Assembly (NCBI GenBank): GCA_963737905.1
Contig: CAVTUQ010000028.1
Coordinates: 128,001 to 192,000, forward strand
Reading direction: 5' to 3'
Source of the DNA: an uncultured delta proteobacterium
GTDB lineage: Bacteria; Desulfobacterota; Binatia; UBA9968
Length of the DNA: 64,000 bases
Of the stretch, positions 10,916-21,068 are shown one piece after another (the first letter of the stretch is position 1; the number at the start of each line of letters is the position of its first letter). The notes under the pieces are model-generated. The model was not told the DNA's origin. It saw nothing but the letters and a program-made list of their open reading frames with translations, and made no database searches. Position numbers and translations under genes: made by a program.

Positions 10916-12212
10916 ATGGCCGAAAAAATTCGCGTCGTTCACTACCTGAACCAGTTTTTCGCGCAGATCGGCGGGGAAGAAAAAGCCGATATCGGTCCCG
11001 GATTCAAAGAGGGTCCTACCGGACCCGGTCGTGCGCTACAGCAGATATTGGCGCAGCATGGCGAAGTCGTGGCCACCGTCTTTTGCGGCGACAACTACTT
11101 TGCCGAACATTCGGAAGAAGCTAAAAAAGAGTTGCTTCGCCAAATGGCGCGTTGCAAACCCCAGCTGCTGATCGCCGGACCCGCTTTCGAAAGCGGACGC
11201 TATGGCGTTGCTTGCGGCGCGATCTGCCAGGCGGCTCAAGAGCAACTCGGAATTCATGTCGTGGCCGGCATGGATGACGAGAACGCTGGAGCCGCCCTGT
11301 ATTGCAAGCACGTCTACATTATCAACTCGGGCGATTCAGTCGTGCGCATGCTCCCGGCTCTCCAGCGGATGGTTTCGCTGGGACTTAAATTGGTGCAGGG
11401 CGCACGGGTAGGAAGGCCGGAGGAAGAAGGCTATATTCCGCGCGGCATCAAGCGCAACGCATTCGCCGCCAAGCCTCCCGCAGAGCGCGCCGTGGATATG
11501 CTCCTGGCAAAAATTCGCGGCGAGCCGTTCAAGTCAGAAATTGCGGCGCCGCAATTTCATCACATCAAACCGGCGGCAGCGCTTCGCGACCTGTCGTCGG
11601 CGGTTATTGCGTTGGTCACCGACGGTGGGCTCGTGACCGAGGGCAATCCGGAACGGATGGAGCCGGGCCGCCCTACTCGCTTCACGACTATTCCCATCGA
11701 AGGGGTAGATCGTCTGGACCCAAAAGAATTCGATGTCGTTCATTCCGGCTACGACACGGCCTTCGCCAATCAAGATCCCCATCGAGTGGTGCCTCTGGAT
11801 GTCATGCGCGAGTTGGAGCAGACAAGGAATCATCGGCAAGCTCCATGAATCCATCCACGCCACCGGCGGTGCCCATGCGGCCGTGGAGAATGCGACGCAC
11901 ATCGGCCAGAGCATCGCCGAGCGGCTGAAATCCGCCGGCGTTAACGGCGTCATCCTCACTTCGACTTGAGGCTCGAGCACTCGCTGCGGCGCAGCGATCA
12001 GCAAAGAAATCGAACGACTTAATATTCCCGTGGTGCAGATTTGCACCATGATACCGGTGGCGAAAGAAGTGGGTTCGCTCCGCGCCATGGCCTCCGGCGG
12101 CATCGTCAGCCCTACCGGGAATCCGGAGCTGGCACCGGAAAAGGAAAAAGAGTTCCGGCGGGATCTCGTCTTGCGCGCTTTGCAAATTTTAAAAGAGGAT
12201 GTTCGCGAGTGA
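10916..12212 (+). CDS. grdB: Glycine/sarcosine/betaine reductase selenoprotein B (GrdB-like); Sec UGA at 11967-11969; +1 frameshift near 11820
   Basis: VVHYLNQFF..IGGEEKA, AGPAF..GRYG.ACG; after the frameshift VILTST-TGA-GSSTRCGA.ISKEIER continues in frame into ORF 12030-12212. Confidence 0.85.
11981..11997 (+). promoter_or_regulatory. Putative bacterial SECIS hairpin
   Basis: TCGCTGC-GGC-GCAGCGA, 7-bp perfect stem starting 11 nt after the in-frame TGA. Confidence 0.65.
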
Positions 12213-12240
12213 AGCTCTCAGATCTGCAATGCAAAGGAGC

Positions 12241-12663
12241 ATGTCTATGGCTATCAATGGAATTCGTTTCACACACGTCGCGTTCCGTGCGGCCGATCTA
12301 GACCGCAGTATCCGCTGGTATGAGGATGCCTTCGGCGCTAAAAAAGTTTTCCACGCAAAGCAGGAAGGCGACCGACCCGAACTGTTGTTCCTGGAGTTTT
12401 CCAAGGGACAGTTTATCGAGCTGTTCACCAATGGCAAAACCAAGGTGGACCAACCGCGTGATGCGATCGGCTATCAGCACTTCTGTTTGCTTGTGGAGGA
12501 TTTGGAACAAGCGCTACAGCACTTGGCCGGTATGAACGTGCATCCACATCGGGGGCCGTTCGCGGGCCGCGCCCAATACCGCATCGCTTTTATTTCCGAC
12601 CCGGACGGCAACATCATCGAACTAATGCAAATGCAGCCCGAGTCACCCCTGTACCGGGAATAG
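12241..12663 (+). CDS. VOC/glyoxalase family protein
   Basis: FTHVAFRAADLDRS, HFCLLVEDL, FISDPDGNIIELM; AAGGAG SD. Confidence 0.9.
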   Translation: MSMAINGIRFTHVAFRAADLDRSIRWYEDAFGAKKVFHAKQEGDRPELLFLEFSKGQFIELFTNGKTKVDQPRDAIGYQHFCLLVEDLEQALQHLAGMNVHPHRGPFAGRAQYRIAFISDPDGNIIELMQMQPESPLYRE

Positions 12664-12836
12664 AGTAAGCCTGCTTGGGAAAGCGAGATTCAAGCAGCAT
12701 CCGTATTAGACGCACCCATCAGTACCAGATCGTGGTTGCCCGTGGTTTAGGCAACGTTTTGGTTACAAACTATGCACTTGAAATAAACAAAGGAAACAAA
12801 TCCAGCGTTTTCAAACTATTTTTTCGGTCCTGTCAT

Positions 12837-12852
12837 TGGCATATCGCTTGCT
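12837..12852 (+). promoter_or_regulatory. Sigma-54 (-24/-12) promoter
   Basis: TGGCATATCGCTTGCT (GG-N10-GC) in AT-rich region upstream of the OmpA gene. Confidence 0.6.
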
Positions 12853-12981
12853 CAAATTTAACTTGAAACCTTAACAGGCAGAGTCAACGGTTCGTCAAAA
12901 TCGTTTTCGCATGATTGCATCCGGTGTGGATGCTTCAACGATTGCTTCGGCTATCTATCCGTTGGAGGGAATAGAGCAATA

Positions 12982-13686
12982 ATGGCAAAAAACCATATAC
13001 TTGCTTTGGCGACGTTTGCGTTACTAATGAATGGTTGCGCCAATATGAACTACAAACAGCAGGCAGCCTTGAAAGGTGCCGCGGCGGGTACGCTTATCGG
13101 TGGCGGTATCGGGGGAGGCGTCGCAGCCACCCAAGATGGTAAGAATCGTTTCGCAATAGGAGGCCCCGTCGGCGCCACCACGGGTGCAATAATCGGTGGT
13201 TTGTTGGGATATTGGCTGGCTGAAGAGCCGAAACCTCCACCGTCTCCTCCTCCGCCACCACCACCTCCTCCTCCGCCTCCGCCAGCTCCAAAACCGAAGC
13301 CGGCGCCGCCGCCGCCACCTCCACCGCCGCCACCGGCGCCGAAGGTTGAGCGGACGATCATCCTGGATGACGTGTTGTTCGACTTTGACAAGAGCACGAT
13401 CAAACCCGAAGCGGCGCAGATTCTCGATCGGCTGGTAGCGTTCATGAACGAAAACAAAGGTTCGAAGGTCGCCCTAGCGGGTTTTACGGACAACATCGGG
13501 ACGGAAGCCTACAATATGGGTCTATCGAATCGGCGTTGGATGTCGGTTAGGGATTACGTAGTGAAGAAGGGTGTGGACGCCGGCCGGGTCTCAGGTCAGG
13601 GGTTCGGCGAAACCAAACCGATAGCTGATAACAAGACTAAAGAAGGCCGGGCGAAGAATCGACGGGTCGAAATCAAGGTTCAATAG
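12982..13686 (+). CDS. OmpA family lipoprotein with glycine zipper and polyproline linker
   Basis: Lipobox MNGC, glycine zipper, P-rich linker, LFDFDKS, GFTDNIG, NRRVEI. Confidence 0.92.
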   Translation: MAKNHILALATFALLMNGCANMNYKQQAALKGAAAGTLIGGGIGGGVAATQDGKNRFAIGGPVGATTGAIIGGLLGYWLAEEPKPPPSPPPPPPPPPPPPPAPKPKPAPPPPPPPPPPAPKVERTIILDDVLFDFDKSTIKPEAAQILDRLVAFMNENKGSKVALAGFTDNIGTEAYNMGLSNRRWMSVRDYVVKKGVDAGRVSGQGFGETKPIADNKTKEGRAKNRRVEIKVQ

Positions 13687-13689
13687 AGA

Positions 13690-13720
13690 GTAGGGGGCAG
13701 GCTTCAAACCTGCCCCCTAC
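13690..13720. repeat. GTAG-type REP-like palindrome / bidirectional terminator
   Basis: GTAGGGGGCAGG-CTTCAAA-CCTGCCCCCTAC, 12-bp perfect stem between convergent genes. Confidence 0.75.
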
Positions 13721-13726
13721 TGAAAG

Positions 13727-14539
13727 CTAGTCCGAAATATCCAACAGCACGCCATCCGGATCGGCTAATACGTGCTTCCCGATGGGGCAAGCTTGCAGGT
13801 CTTTCTCAAGCTCGCCGCCTTGCATTCCGACGGCGATTTTTTTCGGGGCGGATTCGGGAAAAGCCGTCGCGATTTCGTCCAGGTCTTTCTTGGTTTTTTC
13901 TACGCTCTCCACTTTAAAGCCGATATGATCGAACCCCTGCCTTAAGCCTCGATAAAAACCGTCATGGCAGCGGCGGATCACAAGACGAACTTTGCCGTCG
14001 GTGACTGTGATCGCTCCGTCCGCAGCTTTCTCTGGCATCTCTTCGAGCTCTAGAATTGTCGTGTAAAACTCTGCTACCTCATCCGGTTCTCGGGCACGAA
14101 GCGCAATGTGGTTGAGCCATCGCGGTTGTTCCCAGCCATCCTTCAGATATCCCTCTCGAACATTGGACATCCCTTTCTGTGAAAGGTCGAATTGAGTTCC
14201 GGTAGGATCCTGAGCTCTGATACCCGCGAACGGAACGTAGCTCAGCGCTTTTGTAAATAACAGTTCGGGGTACTTCTGTTTGATCCTGTCCAGCACCTCC
14301 TTGACGTCCTCGCATTCGAAGCCGAAGTGGTCGAGGCCTTGCTGGCTTCCCGGCCGCTTGGTTAACAGGGCCATGCCGATAACGCCGTCGCTAATATGTC
14401 CCCGGTTCGGATTGTGTTGGCCCGTCTCATCTACCAATCCGGTCGTGATCTGCTTCATTCCGAAAATGGTCTGGTAGAACTTAGCCATGGTATCGTAACG
14501 TTCCGTGTGAGCGGCGACATGTCTGATCTTTGCAAACAT
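13727..14539 (-). CDS. Two-domain VOC family protein
   Basis: IRHVA, LDHFGF, LNHIAL, FDHIGF, ADPDGVLLDI. Confidence 0.85.
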   Translation of the reverse strand: MFAKIRHVAAHTERYDTMAKFYQTIFGMKQITTGLVDETGQHNPNRGHISDGVIGMALLTKRPGSQQGLDHFGFECEDVKEVLDRIKQKYPELLFTKALSYVPFAGIRAQDPTGTQFDLSQKGMSNVREGYLKDGWEQPRWLNHIALRAREPDEVAEFYTTILELEEMPEKAADGAITVTDGKVRLVIRRCHDGFYRGLRQGFDHIGFKVESVEKTKKDLDEIATAFPESAPKKIAVGMQGGELEKDLQACPIGKHVLADPDGVLLDISD

Positions 14540-14623
14540 AGGAAGGCTCCTTTCTCCTGCGAGGATTGAATCCTGTTCTAGGTCAACCCCTCAACCTTGT
14601 CAAGCTACACCGGGAGGGAATCC

Positions 14624-14695
14624 TGGAGTGGTGGAGTAATCGAGTGCCGCGTTGAGAACCCAATATTCCAATACTCCCGTACTCCAACACTCCAG
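14624..14695. repeat. Inverted arrays of 8-nt repeats (TGGAGTRN / NAYTCCA)
   Basis: tggagtggtggagtaatcgagtg ... tattccaatactcccgtactccaacactcca; same family at 25755-25790. Confidence 0.65.
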
Positions 14696-14789
14696 TCCGC
14701 TAGATTGACGCAGCTTGGGCACCTTGCTACGCTCGGCGCCTACACAGAAGCGATATCGGGCCCGTGGCGGATCGAGGGAGGATAGGACC

Positions 14790-15755
14790 ATGCAGAAGAC
14801 AGTCGCTGGTATTTGTACGCTGTTTTTTTTAATCCTCGCCTCTTCGCCCGCCCTGTCGCAGCTCAAAAAGATACGGTTTTCGACGACCTCCATCGCCGTC
14901 ACCGAGTTGCAATTCAGGATAGCCCATCTCAAAGGCTTTTATCGCGAGGAAGGACTGGATCTCGAAACGCTCCTCATACGAGGATCGGTGGGGATGCAGG
15001 CGCTTATCGGCGGCTCGGTGGACTACGCATCGGCCGCCGGATCGATCATCGCCGCCGCTGTTCGCGGCGCTCCGGTGAGGCTGGTCCTGATCGTCAACTC
15101 CAAGCCGCAGTTCGACCTCGTAGCCCAGCCCGAAATAAAATCGGTTCAGCAACTCAAAGGTAAGGTCATCGGCATCTCCTCCCGCGGCGGAGCGGTGGAC
15201 CTGCTGACGCAACTCATCCTCACCCATCATGGTGTCACGCCGAACAAAGACGCAACCCTGATCGTCATAGGTACTCCCGAGGAGCTCGCGACGGCGCTCA
15301 GGACCGGGCACATTGCCGCATGTCTGCTCAGTCCGCCGAGACAGCTGATCCTCTACCGCGAAGGCTTCAGCAAGCTCGCTTATTCAGGGGACTACCTGAC
15401 CAGTTATCCGTCGGGAGGCATCGGGGCAACGGAAGAAAAGCTCAGGACCCATCCCGCGGAAGTCTTCGCCTTTGTCAGAGCCAGCCTTAAAGGACTTCAA
15501 TACTATACGCAAAATCGCGCAGAGTCCGTTGACAACATTTCAAAGTATCTCGGCATCAAGGACCCTTCATTGGCCGGAGAGGTCTACGACCTCCATGTGA
15601 GCCGTCTAGGGGGCTTTAACTATTTGGATGAAGCCTGGATGCGCGGCGCCATCGATTTTACCAAGAAAAGCTTAGGAGTCACCAAAGACGTGGCCCCGAG
15701 CCAAGTGTTTGATTTTAGTTTTGTGGAAAAAGCCCTGGCGCAAACCAAAAAATAA
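14790..15755 (+). CDS. ABC transporter substrate-binding protein, NMT1-like
   Basis: Signal peptide, GFYREEGLDLE, QLKGKVIGISS. Confidence 0.85.
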   Translation: MQKTVAGICTLFFLILASSPALSQLKKIRFSTTSIAVTELQFRIAHLKGFYREEGLDLETLLIRGSVGMQALIGGSVDYASAAGSIIAAAVRGAPVRLVLIVNSKPQFDLVAQPEIKSVQQLKGKVIGISSRGGAVDLLTQLILTHHGVTPNKDATLIVIGTPEELATALRTGHIAACLLSPPRQLILYREGFSKLAYSGDYLTSYPSGGIGATEEKLRTHPAEVFAFVRASLKGLQYYTQNRAESVDNISKYLGIKDPSLAGEVYDLHVSRLGGFNYLDEAWMRGAIDFTKKSLGVTKDVAPSQVFDFSFVEKALAQTKK

Positions 15756-15802
15756 TTGGCTTTTGCTATCAACGAATCTGCTGGCGTACAGCCGTTAGCC
15801 GG

Positions 15803-16882
15803 TCAATACGGCTCGAAACTGCGTAGTACGGGAAGGACTTCGGTGCCAAAGAGCCTGATGGAGCGCATCAAGTCTGCTTCGGCGATGTCGCCGATATTGA
15901 ACTCGCCAAGCACGGTGTTAAACAAACCCTCCGCTGCGGCTGCTTTGATTTTTTCCGTCACGGTTTTGGGCGATCCGACGAAAGCGAGATTGTGCTCCAG
16001 TAAATAGTCGAGATTGACGGCGTTCCTGGCGATTTCGGCTCCTCCCGGATCGCCGCGCTTGGCGAAGTTTTCGGCCAGCCTCAGATACCCGATTCCGCCG
16101 TCGGCCCGGGTACCGAAGACTTTGGTAAAACAGTGCGTGAAATACGGCTTCGCCTTCGCCACAGCCTTCTCATCGGTTTCGTCCACGTAGACTAGCACCC
16201 AGTAACCAATGTTGGGTTTTCCCGTGTGCCCTGCGTGATTCCATCGCATCAAGTATTCTCGGTAGCGGGGCGCGACCTCGTGCCGCGGCACCAGGAAGAG
16301 ATAACCCGTGTGGACTCCCTCTTGAGCCAGGATCGCCAAAGTATCCGGATCGCGGGATTGCATCCAAAGCGGCGGATGGGGACTTTGCACGGGCTTCACG
16401 GAAAGCGTGAGGTTTTCGTATTTGTGGAAAGGTCCCTCGAAGCTCAACGGTCCTGTCGTGGAAAAAGCCTGCTTGACGAAAGCTAAAGTCTCATTCGCCA
16501 AAGCCCTGCGGTTCTTGAAGTCCGCGCGATAGGGGCCGAAAAAGTCAGGCACGATGCCCGAAACAAGGCCAAGCTCCAAGCGCCCGTTCAGAACGTTGTC
16601 CAAGACCGCGGCATCCTCAGCGATTCGCAAGGGATCGTAAAGCGGGACGACAAAACCCATGGGTCCATGCCGCATCTTGCGGGTGCGCGCTGCCGCGCCG
16701 GCGCAATAGATCGCCGGCGAGGGCATCCAGCTTTCGTTGGGGTTGAAGTGATGCTCGACGGTGAAACCAAAATCAAAACCGAGCTCGTCGCAGGTTGCCA
16801 GCTCGCGCCATAGTTGTTCGTATCGCTGTGCCGCGGTCATGCCGGGTTTGTTCCATACATGAGAGAAGTGCGCGAATTTCAT
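15803..16882 (-). CDS. LLM class flavin-dependent oxidoreductase
   Basis: MKFAHFSH, VEHHF, LDNVLNGRLELG, KPVQSPHPPLW; GGAGG SD. Confidence 0.9.
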   Translation of the reverse strand: MKFAHFSHVWNKPGMTAAQRYEQLWRELATCDELGFDFGFTVEHHFNPNESWMPSPAIYCAGAAARTRKMRHGPMGFVVPLYDPLRIAEDAAVLDNVLNGRLELGLVSGIVPDFFGPYRADFKNRRALANETLAFVKQAFSTTGPLSFEGPFHKYENLTLSVKPVQSPHPPLWMQSRDPDTLAILAQEGVHTGYLFLVPRHEVAPRYREYLMRWNHAGHTGKPNIGYWVLVYVDETDEKAVAKAKPYFTHCFTKVFGTRADGGIGYLRLAENFAKRGDPGGAEIARNAVNLDYLLEHNLAFVGSPKTVTEKIKAAAAEGLFNTVLGEFNIGDIAEADLMRSIRLFGTEVLPVLRSFEPY

Positions 16883-17122
16883 CCAACTTCCTCCGAAGTG
16901 CCGCGCCGAGTGGCGACGGGCAATTGCCCGACCTGGTCGATCCTTTTGCTTGCGCGAACATATAGCAAAAGCCTTCAACCTGCCACCCTTGCCTGATTGA
17001 TCGCAGCTGCAGTGTCGTACCCGCTTCGGACATTCACCTTTGTGCGCGGATGCCAACAACAGTCTTGGGGGTAATCCACGGCCGGACTTGAAGACATTTC
17101 GAGCTCGCGCTCTAATAACATC

Positions 17123-18376
17123 ATGGCTGAGGCGAACGAGACGAGACGCGACAACCTCGTCGCGCATTGTTGCATCGCCGGTGGCGGGCCGGCGGGCATC
17201 ATGCTGGGCTTTCTCCTTGCCCGCGCCGGTATCGAAGTCATCGTTCTAGAAAAACATGCCGATTTCTTACGCGACTTTCGCGGCGATACGATTCATCCTT
17301 CGACGCTTGAAATCATGCATGAGCTTGGTTTGCTCGATGACTTCCTCAAGTTGCCGCACCAAGAAGTTTACGAGCTGCGCGCTCAGATCGGCGACACAAG
17401 ACTTACCTTGGCCGATTTTACCCACTTACCCACTCGCTGCCGCTTTATCGCTTTTATGCCGCAGTGGAATTTTCTCGACTTTCTGGCCGATCATGCCCGC
17501 CGCTATCCAACGTTCCGTTTGTTAATGCAAGCCGAGGTGACCGACATTATCGAAGATTCGCAACGTGTGGTTGGACTGCGGGCGAAGACAGCGACAGGCC
17601 CACTGGAAGTGCGCGCGGATCTTGTGGTGGCGGCCGATGGTCGCCAATCTATCCTCCGGGAGAAGGCCGGTCTGCCATTGAAAGAGTTTGGCGCGCCTAT
17701 GGACGTGCTGTGGTTTCGCCTTCCACGCAAGCCGGACCATCCCGCGCAAACTATGGCACGCTTCGACACCGGCCGCATCTTTATCATGATCAACCGGGGT
17801 GATTACTGGCAGTGCGGTTACGTTATTCCGAAGGGCCAGTTCGACGAAATTCGCAAGCAAGGGATTGACTCTTTTCGCGAAAAAGTCGTCCAACTCGCGC
17901 CCTACGCCAAAGACACGGTAAGCGAAATCAAGCGATGGGACGATATCAGGCTTCTGACCGTGCGCGTCGACCGGCTCTCCCAATGGTTTCGCCCGGGTTT
18001 GCTCTGTATCGGGGATGCTGCGCACGCGATGTCGCCCGTCGGCGGCGTCGGCATCAACCTCGCTATCCAGGACGCAGTGGCCGCGGCCAACGCGCTTGCT
18101 GAACCGCTGCGCAACCGACAGGTAACGATTGACGAACTGCGACGGATTCAAAAAAGGCGCGAGTTTCCCACCCGGGTAACTCAATGGCTACAAGTGACAA
18201 TGCAGCGCAGGGTGATTGCGCCCGTACTGGGCTCGGTGAAACGGGTGAAACCACCGTTGTTGCTTCGACTGATCACCGCCATTCCCTTCCTTCGGCGCAT
18301 TCCTGCTCATGTAATCGGCATCGGCGTCCGGCCGGAACATATAAAGGTAAGTGAAATTCCACGTGACTCAGTTTAG
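17123..18376 (+). CDS. FAD-dependent oxidoreductase/monooxygenase
   Basis: IAGGGPAG, DFRGDT, ADG, IGDAAHAMSPVGGVGINLA. Confidence 0.9.
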   Translation: MAEANETRRDNLVAHCCIAGGGPAGIMLGFLLARAGIEVIVLEKHADFLRDFRGDTIHPSTLEIMHELGLLDDFLKLPHQEVYELRAQIGDTRLTLADFTHLPTRCRFIAFMPQWNFLDFLADHARRYPTFRLLMQAEVTDIIEDSQRVVGLRAKTATGPLEVRADLVVAADGRQSILREKAGLPLKEFGAPMDVLWFRLPRKPDHPAQTMARFDTGRIFIMINRGDYWQCGYVIPKGQFDEIRKQGIDSFREKVVQLAPYAKDTVSEIKRWDDIRLLTVRVDRLSQWFRPGLLCIGDAAHAMSPVGGVGINLAIQDAVAAANALAEPLRNRQVTIDELRRIQKRREFPTRVTQWLQVTMQRRVIAPVLGSVKRVKPPLLLRLITAIPFLRRIPAHVIGIGVRPEHIKVSEIPRDSV

Positions 18377-18411
18377 AAAATTGACGGCAAACCATTTAGC
18401 CTCGGTTTCAT

Positions 18412-18427
18412 TGGCATAGAGATTGCG
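18412..18427 (+). promoter_or_regulatory. Possible sigma-54 promoter
   Basis: TGGCATAGAGATTGCG (GG-N10-GC) just upstream of the HAD gene. Confidence 0.45.
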
Positions 18428-18441
18428 GCTCATTAGCAGCC

Positions 18442-19104
18442 ATGATTGAAGCAGTTATCTTTGACATTGACGGAACGATTGTTGATTCGGTTGATCTGCA
18501 TACAAAAGCATGGCAAGCAGCGTTTGCCAAGTTTGGCAAGGAGATTCCCCTGCAGAAGATACGGCGTCAGATCGGCAAAGGGGCCGACCAGTTGTTACCC
18601 GTCTTCTTCTCCAAACCAGCGCTCGACGAGTTCGGCGACGAACTGGACAGGTATCGGGGTGAGATTTTCAGGAAAGAATATCTGCCTCGGGTGAAAGGGT
18701 TTCCCAAAGTTCGCGAATTATTCCAGAGAATCAGGCAGGACGAAAAGCGCATTGCCCTGGCGTCGTCGGCGAAAAAAGATGAGCTTGAATTATATAAACA
18801 AATTGCTCAAGTCGGCGACCTGATTGAAAGTGAAGCTTCATCTGACGATGCGGACAAGTCCAAGCCCTATCCGGATATATTCGAGGCTGCTCTCCAACAG
18901 TTGCCGGGAATAAATCTCGAAAAAATCATGGTCGTCGGCGACACGCCCTATGACGCCGAAGCTGCTGCCAGGGCCAATCTTCAAACCATTGGCCTGCTGT
19001 GCGGCGGCTGGAAAGAGCCCGCGTTACGCCGCGCGGGCTGCATCGCCGTTTACAAAAATCCCGCCGACCTGCTCGCTCGCTACCGCCAATCCCCGCTCGC
19101 GTGA
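18442..19104 (+). CDS. HAD family hydrolase
   Basis: FDIDGT, SKPYPD, VGDTPYD. Confidence 0.9.
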   Translation: MIEAVIFDIDGTIVDSVDLHTKAWQAAFAKFGKEIPLQKIRRQIGKGADQLLPVFFSKPALDEFGDELDRYRGEIFRKEYLPRVKGFPKVRELFQRIRQDEKRIALASSAKKDELELYKQIAQVGDLIESEASSDDADKSKPYPDIFEAALQQLPGINLEKIMVVGDTPYDAEAAARANLQTIGLLCGGWKEPALRRAGCIAVYKNPADLLARYRQSPLA

Positions 19105-19201
19105 CGTATTCAGAGCAAACGCGCCAGAATCCAGTGTTTTAGAACCTGGAATCTTGAACCTTGAATTCGACGGATGTAGTATTACCGGTCGGAGTAATAC
19201 C

Positions 19202-19438
19202 ATGAAGATCACATCGAAGGGCCAGGTTACGATCCCGCTTGAGATTCGTCAAAAGCTCGGACTTCTTCCGAACACCGAAGTAGAGTTTAAGGTCCAGGGC
19301 AACACCGCTCGGCTTGTCAAGGTCTCGGCGAAGCGTGGGCACGGCCGTGGAAACGAATTGATTACGCGTTTGCGCGGTAAGGCTGATGTCAGGATGACCA
19401 CCGACGCGATTCTCGCTTTAACCCGTAAGCGCGCATGA
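19202..19438 (+). CDS. AbrB/MazE-type antitoxin (VapB-like)
   Basis: MKITSKGQVTIP..IRQKLGL; ATGA overlap with the PIN gene. Confidence 0.88.
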   Translation: MKITSKGQVTIPLEIRQKLGLLPNTEVEFKVQGNTARLVKVSAKRGHGRGNELITRLRGKADVRMTTDAILALTRKRA

Positions 19439-19839
19439 AAACCACGCTCGTGGACAGCAACGTCCTGCTCGACGTCGCGACCAACGATGCCTCATGGTTT
19501 GATTGGTCATCGCAGGCGCTGGAGTCGGCAGCCAACGAGTCTCCGCTTGCGATCAACCCAATCATTTATGCAGAGGTGTCAATTGGATTTCAGCGTATTG
19601 AAGATCTCGAGTCCGCCCTACCATCGCGCCTATTTCGCCGCGACGCATTGCCCTTCGAGGCAGCGTTTCTCGCGGGGAAAGCGTTCCTTCAATATCGAAG
19701 GCGCGGCGGCGGTCGAGCCACCCCTTTACCCGATTTTTACATCGGCGCCCACGCCGCCGTGGGGGGTTTTCGGCTTCTGACACGGGATCCCAAGCGATAT
19801 CAGACGTATTTCCCTTCCCTAGAGTTAATCGCTCCGTAA
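19435..19839 (+). CDS. vapC: VapC family PIN-domain toxin
   Basis: LVDSNVLLD, IIYAE, LPDFYIGAHA, LLTRD. Confidence 0.9.
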   Translation: MKTTLVDSNVLLDVATNDASWFDWSSQALESAANESPLAINPIIYAEVSIGFQRIEDLESALPSRLFRRDALPFEAAFLAGKAFLQYRRRGGGRATPLPDFYIGAHAAVGGFRLLTRDPKRYQTYFPSLELIAP

Positions 19840-19889
19840 ACCGCAAGTTTGAACGTTCAACGGCCCAAAGGGCCGCAAAGGAGACAGCC

Positions 19890-20693
19890 GTGGCTTTACG
19901 CATCAATAACTCGGAATTTTACGCCATCGACGCGCATTCGCATTTGGGGCAACGCAACACTCCGTTGGGACATGGAGTTGCGAGCTTTCTCGGCGAGGAT
20001 TTGGTGCGCAATCTCGATGAAGCCGGCCTGGACTGCGCCGTAGCATTTCCTTTGGGAGCGTCCTACACCGATTACTCCGAAGCGAACCAGATCATGGCCG
20101 ATGAAATGGCTAAACATCCGAAACGGATCATCAGCTTTTGCCGGATCAATCCGAACTTCGGCCCTGAAGCCACGGCGAAATCTCTCGACCATTGTCTCGG
20201 CACCTTGAAACTGAAAGGCATCAAGCTGCATCCCGAGATCGAGTTCTTCGATCCTAACGAAGCCGGGCTGATGGAGCCGATCTATCACGCGGCTCGCCGC
20301 TATCGCGTGCCGATTATTTTTCATACGGGTATGTCGAGCAAGGCATCGCCCGGAGTAATCGCCGAACTGGCCGCCCAGTATAGCGATGTGCCCGTCATTC
20401 TCGGGCACATGGGTGTTTCGGAATATGTCAAGCTGGCGGTGGCCGTCGCTCGACAGCACGAGAATATATTTTTGGAAACCTCCGTGGTCGGCTGGATGCC
20501 GCTGCTTTTGGAAGCCTTTCGCGGCGTCGGTACGAGCAAAATTCTATTTGGCTCCGACCACCCCTATAATCCGCTTTCCATGGAGGTGGAGAAGATCTCC
20601 AAGCACGTGGCCCGGGCCGCCAAGCTCAAACCAGAAGACTTGAAAAAGGTCTTTGCCGACAATCTTCTATCCATTCTACGTCATGATCCCTGA
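19890..20693 (+). CDS. Amidohydrolase family protein
   Basis: IDAHSH, GIKLHP, FHTG, GHMG, LFGSDHP. Confidence 0.88.
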   Translation: MALRINNSEFYAIDAHSHLGQRNTPLGHGVASFLGEDLVRNLDEAGLDCAVAFPLGASYTDYSEANQIMADEMAKHPKRIISFCRINPNFGPEATAKSLDHCLGTLKLKGIKLHPEIEFFDPNEAGLMEPIYHAARRYRVPIIFHTGMSSKASPGVIAELAAQYSDVPVILGHMGVSEYVKLAVAVARQHENIFLETSVVGWMPLLLEAFRGVGTSKILFGSDHPYNPLSMEVEKISKHVARAAKLKPEDLKKVFADNLLSILRHDP

Positions 20694-20732
20694 CTCCGAC
20701 GTTCGGCCATTCATAGTCGTCTCAATGGACCC

Positions 20733-20761
20733 TTGACCAATCGTATCTTATAAACTACAAT
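20733..20761 (+). promoter_or_regulatory. Sigma-70 promoter of TA module (likely leaderless transcript)
   Basis: TTGACC-17 bp-TACAAT ending 9 nt before GTG at 20770. Confidence 0.65.
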
Positions 20762-20769
20762 TAGCGTCA

Positions 20770-21060
20770 GTGATCGAGGTCCGTCAGACCGAGGCTTTCG
20801 CCGGCTGGTTCGACAGCTTGCGTGATCGGAAAGCGCGCGGGCGAATCGATGTTCGGATACGCCGATTGTCGCTTGGAAATCCTGGGGACGTAAAACCCGT
20901 CGGCGGAGGCGTTTCAGAACTGCGGATCGACTATGGTCCCGGCTATCGCGTCTATTTTGTACAACGTGGGCCGACTCTGATCATCCTGCTCGCCGGGGGT
21001 GAAAAGCGAACACAGGAACGGGACATCAAGAAAGCCCGGGGATTGGCGCAAGTATTATAG
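20770..21060 (+). CDS. RelE/HigB-like addiction module killer protein
   Basis: RLSLGNPGDVKPVGGGVSELRIDYGPGYRVYF, LLAGG.K. Confidence 0.9.
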   Translation: MIEVRQTEAFAGWFDSLRDRKARGRIDVRIRRLSLGNPGDVKPVGGGVSELRIDYGPGYRVYFVQRGPTLIILLAGGEKRTQERDIKKARGLAQVL

Positions 21061-21068
21061 AGGTTTTT

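Noticed and set aside
11810-11830. Programmed frameshift in grdB
   Set aside because: No slippery sequence; a single extra base is better explained by read error
13230-13345. CCN-rich low-complexity tract as a DNA repeat element
   Set aside because: Encodes the polyproline linker of the OmpA protein
16883-17167. 95-aa N-terminal extension of the LLM ORF
   Set aside because: Overlaps the divergent gene; SD and family start support ATG at 16882
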